Notes under the pieces: model-generated
Database searches by the model: none
What the model was told of the DNA's origin: nothing
The model's input: only the letters and a program-made list of their open reading frames with translations
Program-made: the position numbers and the translations under genes
In this document: positions 59,956-64,000 of the stretch, in pieces
Layout of the letters: each line of letters opens with the position of its first letter
How positions within the stretch are numbered: position 1 is the first letter of the stretch
Source of the DNA: an uncultured delta proteobacterium
GTDB taxonomy: Bacteria; Desulfobacterota; Desulfuromonadia; Desulfuromonadales; BM103
Assembly: GCA_963715335.1 (NCBI GenBank)
Contig: CAVQRZ010000025.1
Span: forward strand, 96,001-160,000
DNA length: 64,000 bases
Direction of reading: 5' to 3'

Positions 59956-59984
59956 ATTATAATCAACCGGGTTTGATATGTCGA
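59956..59984 (-). promoter_or_regulatory. sigma70 promoter of the partner-switching operon
   Basis: Minus strand TCGACA-17 nt-TATAAT. Confidence 0.7.
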
Positions 59985-60246
59985 TCTCGATGAGAGGATC
60001 GAGTTGTGGCTTGTGAAGTGGGTCCATGGCAGTTCTATGATCACAGGGGAAGAGGCAGACAGCAGCGTTCCGGATTCGAATCAGGTTGTCCCGCGACCTT
60101 ACCAGTTCCTTTTTAACGAATTTCACTAAAGATTATCAGAAGATATATACATGTAAAGCTGTTGTATCGAGCCGTTGCCCGATTGACCGACCATAGCGTC
60201 TGTGCTACTTTCAGTTTTCATCTTTCTCTTACTCCATGGATCCTGT

Positions 60247-61968
60247 ATGACCCTGTCCTGTCTCAGCAGACTGACCCTTTTGCTAGCGGTTTTTTCAAGT
60301 GGTTGCATCACGTCCGGTGTTAACGTCCCTACCGACATGACCGCTTCATCCGTAGTTCCTTATGTGTCACGCCTGAACGAACCCCAGTCCAATGCCTATT
60401 ATCATTATATGAGAGCGAGGATGCTGTTGGCCGAGGGCGACCGTGACAGGTCTGCCGCAGCATATCAGGCTGCTATCGATTATGCTCCGAACGATGGAAC
60501 AATGCGTTTTGAACTTGCAGAACTCTACTTTGATATGGGGCAACCTGAAAAAGCTGTCCGTATGCTGGAAGATCTCCTGTTCCGCGACCCTGATTCGGTC
60601 AGGGCGAACATGGCCCTGGGCAATGCATATTTCGCTAATCGCCAGCCGGGCAAGGCGATCCCTTATTTCCGCCGTGTTATGGAGTTGGAGCCAGACAATG
60701 GCCAGGTCCATCTACATCTTGCCATCGCCCTGGTGAGGATTGGTGAGGTCGACCAGGCTGCGGACCAGCTAAAAGAGCTTTTGCGCCTTAACCCCGAGTC
60801 CAGTCTCGCCCGTCTGGCCATGGCCAGGCTTTATCGGGAAACCGGCCTCAACCATCGTGCCGTTGCAGAATATCGCAGTTTAATAGACCAAAATCCAGAT
60901 CTTGACCAGGCCTCCCTGGAATTGGGCCTGCTCTATGAAGAGTTGGAAGAGTGGCAGAATGCTCTGGATGTTTTTACCGGGGTACTCGAACAACGTCCCT
61001 TGGATTTCACTCTGCGGCATCACCTGGCCCGCGTTTATATCGGTATGCAGCGCTATGACGATGCTTTGGAAGAGTTGAATATCATTGTCGAGCTTAAGCC
61101 GGACGATTTCGAAGCTCGGCGCAAGATCGGTCTGATTTATCTCGAGCAGCAACGCTGGTCGGATGCAATTCCTGTTTTCAAGGAAATCCTGGATCTGAAC
61201 CCGCATCTGGAACCAGTGCGCTATTACCTTGGCAGCGCCTACGAAAAGCTTTCGGAATGGGATCTGGCGCTGGAGGCGTTCGAGGGAATCGACAAGGATT
61301 CGGCGCTGTACGATGATGCCCTGTCCCATATTGGTTTTATTTACCTGGAGAATGATCGACTGGACGAAGCGATCACGCTGCTCGAAGCGAGAAAGGCTAC
61401 GGGGAGTCCAAGGCCCCAGATTTTTCACTACCTGTCAGCACTGTACATGGCCAACGACCAGAACGATAAGGCCGCCTCGGTTATAGAGGAAGGTGTGCAG
61501 CGTAATCCGAATAATTCCGAGTTGCTCTATCAAAAGGGGCTGATTCTCGAACGTTCCGGGCGTCATGAGGAAGCAAGTCAGACGATGAAGGACGTGCTTG
61601 CACTTGAAGATGAACACGCCGAAGCACTGAACTTCCTCGCCTACGCGTTTGCCGTGGAAAATCGCAACCTCGACGAAGCACTGGAATACGCAGAGCGTGC
61701 CATCAGCCTGGATCGGGCCCCCCATATTCTTGATACGCTTGGATGGGTGTATTACCGACTGGGTCGTTTTCAGGAAGCGCTCGAAGTTATCGAGGAAGCC
61801 AGCCGGCAGTTGAACGGAGATGCGGTTGTTCTTGAACACCTGGGTGAAATCAATCTCGCATTGGGAAACCGGGCCGAGGCGCGCGCCGCTTTCGAGAAGG
61901 CTCTCCAGTTGCAGCCTGGCAACCATGATCTGCGCGACAGGCTTGAAAACCTTTTCGGCCATCCGTGA
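60247..61968 (+). CDS. TPR-repeat lipoprotein
   Basis: Signal peptide ending FSSGC, many TPRs, C-terminal ALNFLAY..ILDTLGWVYY..EHLGEI typical of the TPR protein encoded upstream of lolB; start uncertain. Confidence 0.88.
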   Translation: MTLSCLSRLTLLLAVFSSGCITSGVNVPTDMTASSVVPYVSRLNEPQSNAYYHYMRARMLLAEGDRDRSAAAYQAAIDYAPNDGTMRFELAELYFDMGQPEKAVRMLEDLLFRDPDSVRANMALGNAYFANRQPGKAIPYFRRVMELEPDNGQVHLHLAIALVRIGEVDQAADQLKELLRLNPESSLARLAMARLYRETGLNHRAVAEYRSLIDQNPDLDQASLELGLLYEELEEWQNALDVFTGVLEQRPLDFTLRHHLARVYIGMQRYDDALEELNIIVELKPDDFEARRKIGLIYLEQQRWSDAIPVFKEILDLNPHLEPVRYYLGSAYEKLSEWDLALEAFEGIDKDSALYDDALSHIGFIYLENDRLDEAITLLEARKATGSPRPQIFHYLSALYMANDQNDKAASVIEEGVQRNPNNSELLYQKGLILERSGRHEEASQTMKDVLALEDEHAEALNFLAYAFAVENRNLDEALEYAERAISLDRAPHILDTLGWVYYRLGRFQEALEVIEEASRQLNGDAVVLEHLGEINLALGNRAEARAAFEKALQLQPGNHDLRDRLENLFGHP

Positions 61969-61978
61969 GGGCCGTATC

Positions 61979-62752
61979 TTGGGCCGTTTCCCTGTCATAA
62001 TCATTCTCTTCGTCCTGCTCTTATCGGCCTGTGCACCGGTCCGGCCAAATCTTGGTGAGCCGGTCAGCCAGGGTTTTGCTGACGGCCTGATGCAGGACTG
62101 GGCAGCAAATTCCGCCCTGATTTCGTCGGTGCAGGGACTGGCCACGGTCAAGGTGAAGGCTCCGATGACGTCGATCAACAATGTCCATGTCGTGATCGCC
62201 GAAAAGCCTGACAGGCTGCGTGCCGAGGCTCTGAGCCCTTTTGGCACACCTCTGGTGTCGCTCACCGCAGCCGACGGCCAGCTTGGCGTCCTGCTAGCGG
62301 CACAAAACCTCTATTATACGGGGTCTGCAACACCAGAAAACCTTGAGCAATTCGTCCACATTCCGTTGGATGTGCCTGACCTGGTCGGCCTGCTGTTGTA
62401 CCAACCGCCTCTGATTGATGCCTGGAAGGAAGAGGCATTCGATCTCAAGGATGGCGGCTGGCTGCTGCTGCGTTACGGGACCTTGCAGCGCCAGGAGTTG
62501 GTTTTCAATCAGATGCGGCGACTTGTCGAAGTGTCTTATTTCAAGAGTAACGATTTGCTGGTCAAGGCCGAGTATGCAAAATTCAGAGAGCAGGGCACAC
62601 TTTTTCCCGCTCTGCTGGTCCTCGATCTTCCCGAAAAGTATGCTACGGTCAGCCTGGAGTTCTCAGACGTAGAGACAAACGGCCGGCTGCGCTCCGGCGT
62701 CTTTGATGTAAAACCGCCGGTCGGGGCGAAGGTGGTTTATCTGCCTGAATGA
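61979..62752 (+). CDS. LolB-like / DUF4292-like outer-membrane lipoprotein
   Basis: TTG start after GAGG, lipobox LLSAC, KPDRLRAEALSPFG motif; position after the TPR gene. Confidence 0.7.
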   Translation: MGRFPVIIILFVLLLSACAPVRPNLGEPVSQGFADGLMQDWAANSALISSVQGLATVKVKAPMTSINNVHVVIAEKPDRLRAEALSPFGTPLVSLTAADGQLGVLLAAQNLYYTGSATPENLEQFVHIPLDVPDLVGLLLYQPPLIDAWKEEAFDLKDGGWLLLRYGTLQRQELVFNQMRRLVEVSYFKSNDLLVKAEYAKFREQGTLFPALLVLDLPEKYATVSLEFSDVETNGRLRSGVFDVKPPVGAKVVYLPE

Positions 62753-62813
62753 AAACCGGGCGGGAAATGACCACGTTGCTGGTTGACCTACGGTGCGCTT
62801 CCCAAAGGAGAAA

Positions 62814-64000
62814 ATGGTGAGATATCTTTTGTTTTTCCTGTTGTCGGTACTCGTTGGCTGTGAACAACAACAGGCCGTTGTTCCCGCGGAAGGGGACGCC
62901 GCAAAGCCGGTGCATGGAGATACTTTTATCGAGGCGTCGATCGGCGAGCCGAACAATCTGCTGCCGGTGCTTTCATCGGATTCGGCATCAAGCGATATCA
63001 ATCGTCTGGTCTACAATGGCCTGATTCGCTACGACAAGGACCTTCAACTCGAAGGAGAGCTGGCCGAGTCCTGGGAAATCTCCGAGGACAATCTGACCTT
63101 CACTTTCCATCTTCGCAAGGATGTGACCTGGCATGACGGGAGCCCGTTCACCAGCGCAGATGTGCTCTTTACCTACCAGATGTATATCAACCCGAATGTG
63201 CCGACCTCATATGCAGAGGATTTTCTGCAAGTTGCCAAGGCCGAAGCTCCTGATCCCTACACCTTTCGGGTCACCTACGAAAAGCCCTATGCGCCGGCTC
63301 TTGAGAGTTGGGGAACGTCGATACATCCCAAGCATCTTCTTGAAGGGCAAGATGTCACCAAGAGCCCTTTATCGCGAAGCCCTGTCGGGACCGGGCCATA
63401 CAAGTTTGTCAAGTGGGTTGCCGGTGAGAAGATTGAGCTGCTTGCCAATCCTGATTACTTTGAAGCACAGCCCTATATTCACCGGGTAGTCTACAGGGTC
63501 ATTCCTGACACCTCGACTCAATTTCTCGAACTTCAAGCAGGTGGGCTGGACCTTATGGGTCTTACGCCGATCCAGTACAAGACGCAAACCGATTCCCCGG
63601 CGTTTACCCGCAGCTTCAACAAATACCGCTATCTGTCTTTCAGTTACACCTATCTCGGGTATAACTTGATCAAGCCTCTCTTTCAGGACATTCGTGTGCG
63701 CCAGGCCATTTCCTATGCGATTGACAAACAGGAAATTATCGATGGGGTCCTGCTTGGGCTTGGCCACATCGCAACCGGCCCCTACAAACCGGATACCTGG
63801 GTGTACAATGCAGACGTCAAACGCTACGCATACAACCCCGAGATGGCCCGCACCTTGCTCGCAGCGGCGGGCTGGAACGACAGTGATGGTGACGGTGTCC
63901 TGGATAAGAATGGTGAACCGTTGGCTTTTACGATTGTCACCAACCAGGGTAACGATCTGCGTTCCAAAACTGCGGAAATTATCCAGCGCCGGCTGAAGGA
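62814..64000 (+). CDS. ABC transporter peptide-binding lipoprotein (family 5), 3'-truncated by window edge
   Basis: AAGGAG RBS; MVRYLLFFLLSVLVGC lipobox; GELAESWEIS, FHLRKDVTWHDGSPFTSADV, PVGTGPYKF, RVRQAISYAIDK; absent from the ORF track because it has no stop in the window. Confidence 0.93.
   Translation, partial: MVRYLLFFLLSVLVGCEQQQAVVPAEGDAAKPVHGDTFIEASIGEPNNLLPVLSSDSASSDINRLVYNGLIRYDKDLQLEGELAESWEISEDNLTFTFHLRKDVTWHDGSPFTSADVLFTYQMYINPNVPTSYAEDFLQVAKAEAPDPYTFRVTYEKPYAPALESWGTSIHPKHLLEGQDVTKSPLSRSPVGTGPYKFVKWVAGEKIELLANPDYFEAQPYIHRVVYRVIPDTSTQFLELQAGGLDLMGLTPIQYKTQTDSPAFTRSFNKYRYLSFSYTYLGYNLIKPLFQDIRVRQAISYAIDKQEIIDGVLLGLGHIATGPYKPDTWVYNADVKRYAYNPEMARTLLAAAGWNDSDGDGVLDKNGEPLAFTIVTNQGNDLRSKTAEIIQRRLK

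Overview
Mostly core chromosome of a Desulfuromonadales/Geobacter-like deltaproteobacterium (taxonomy inferred from gene content and order). Gene order: asd(3' part)-ecfT-truA-guaB-guaA; an accessory block (InaA-like kinase, WYL regulator, transglutaminase, hypothetical); maf-dnaE-accA-pfkB-rlpA; a PAS histidine kinase; a second tgt divergent from an orphan Cas6-like RAMP gene, a Zn-ribbon protein and amrA; OYE, typA, miaB, M42 peptidase, rplM-rpsI-argC; a heme-c sensor HD-GYP protein; queA-tgt-yajC-secDF, recJ, an FNT channel, an aminotransferase; pheA-tyrA-aroA-cmk-ispH-rpsA-sppA-ihfB; a probable 6S RNA; rluA-family-lgt-HAD; an SLC5-STAC-GAF-SpoIIE / STAS / anti-sigma-kinase partner-switching operon; TPR, LolB-like and peptide-binding lipoproteins. 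I saw no CRISPR array, tRNA, rRNA, integrase or transposase. Most notable: (1) a CRISPR-less, divergent Cas6-fold gene head-to-head with a tgt paralog; (2) a transporter-fused phosphatase partner switch with no sigma factor beside it; (3) an 89-bp inverted copy of part of the FNT gene ending at the recJ start codon; (4) a zeta/IF1-like helix fused to a Zn ribbon; (5) a 6S-like RNA in a non-canonical location; (6) a candidate WYL operator; (7) several families of heptamer-repeat hairpins at gene junctions. All protein family calls come from motif recognition by eye, not database searches.
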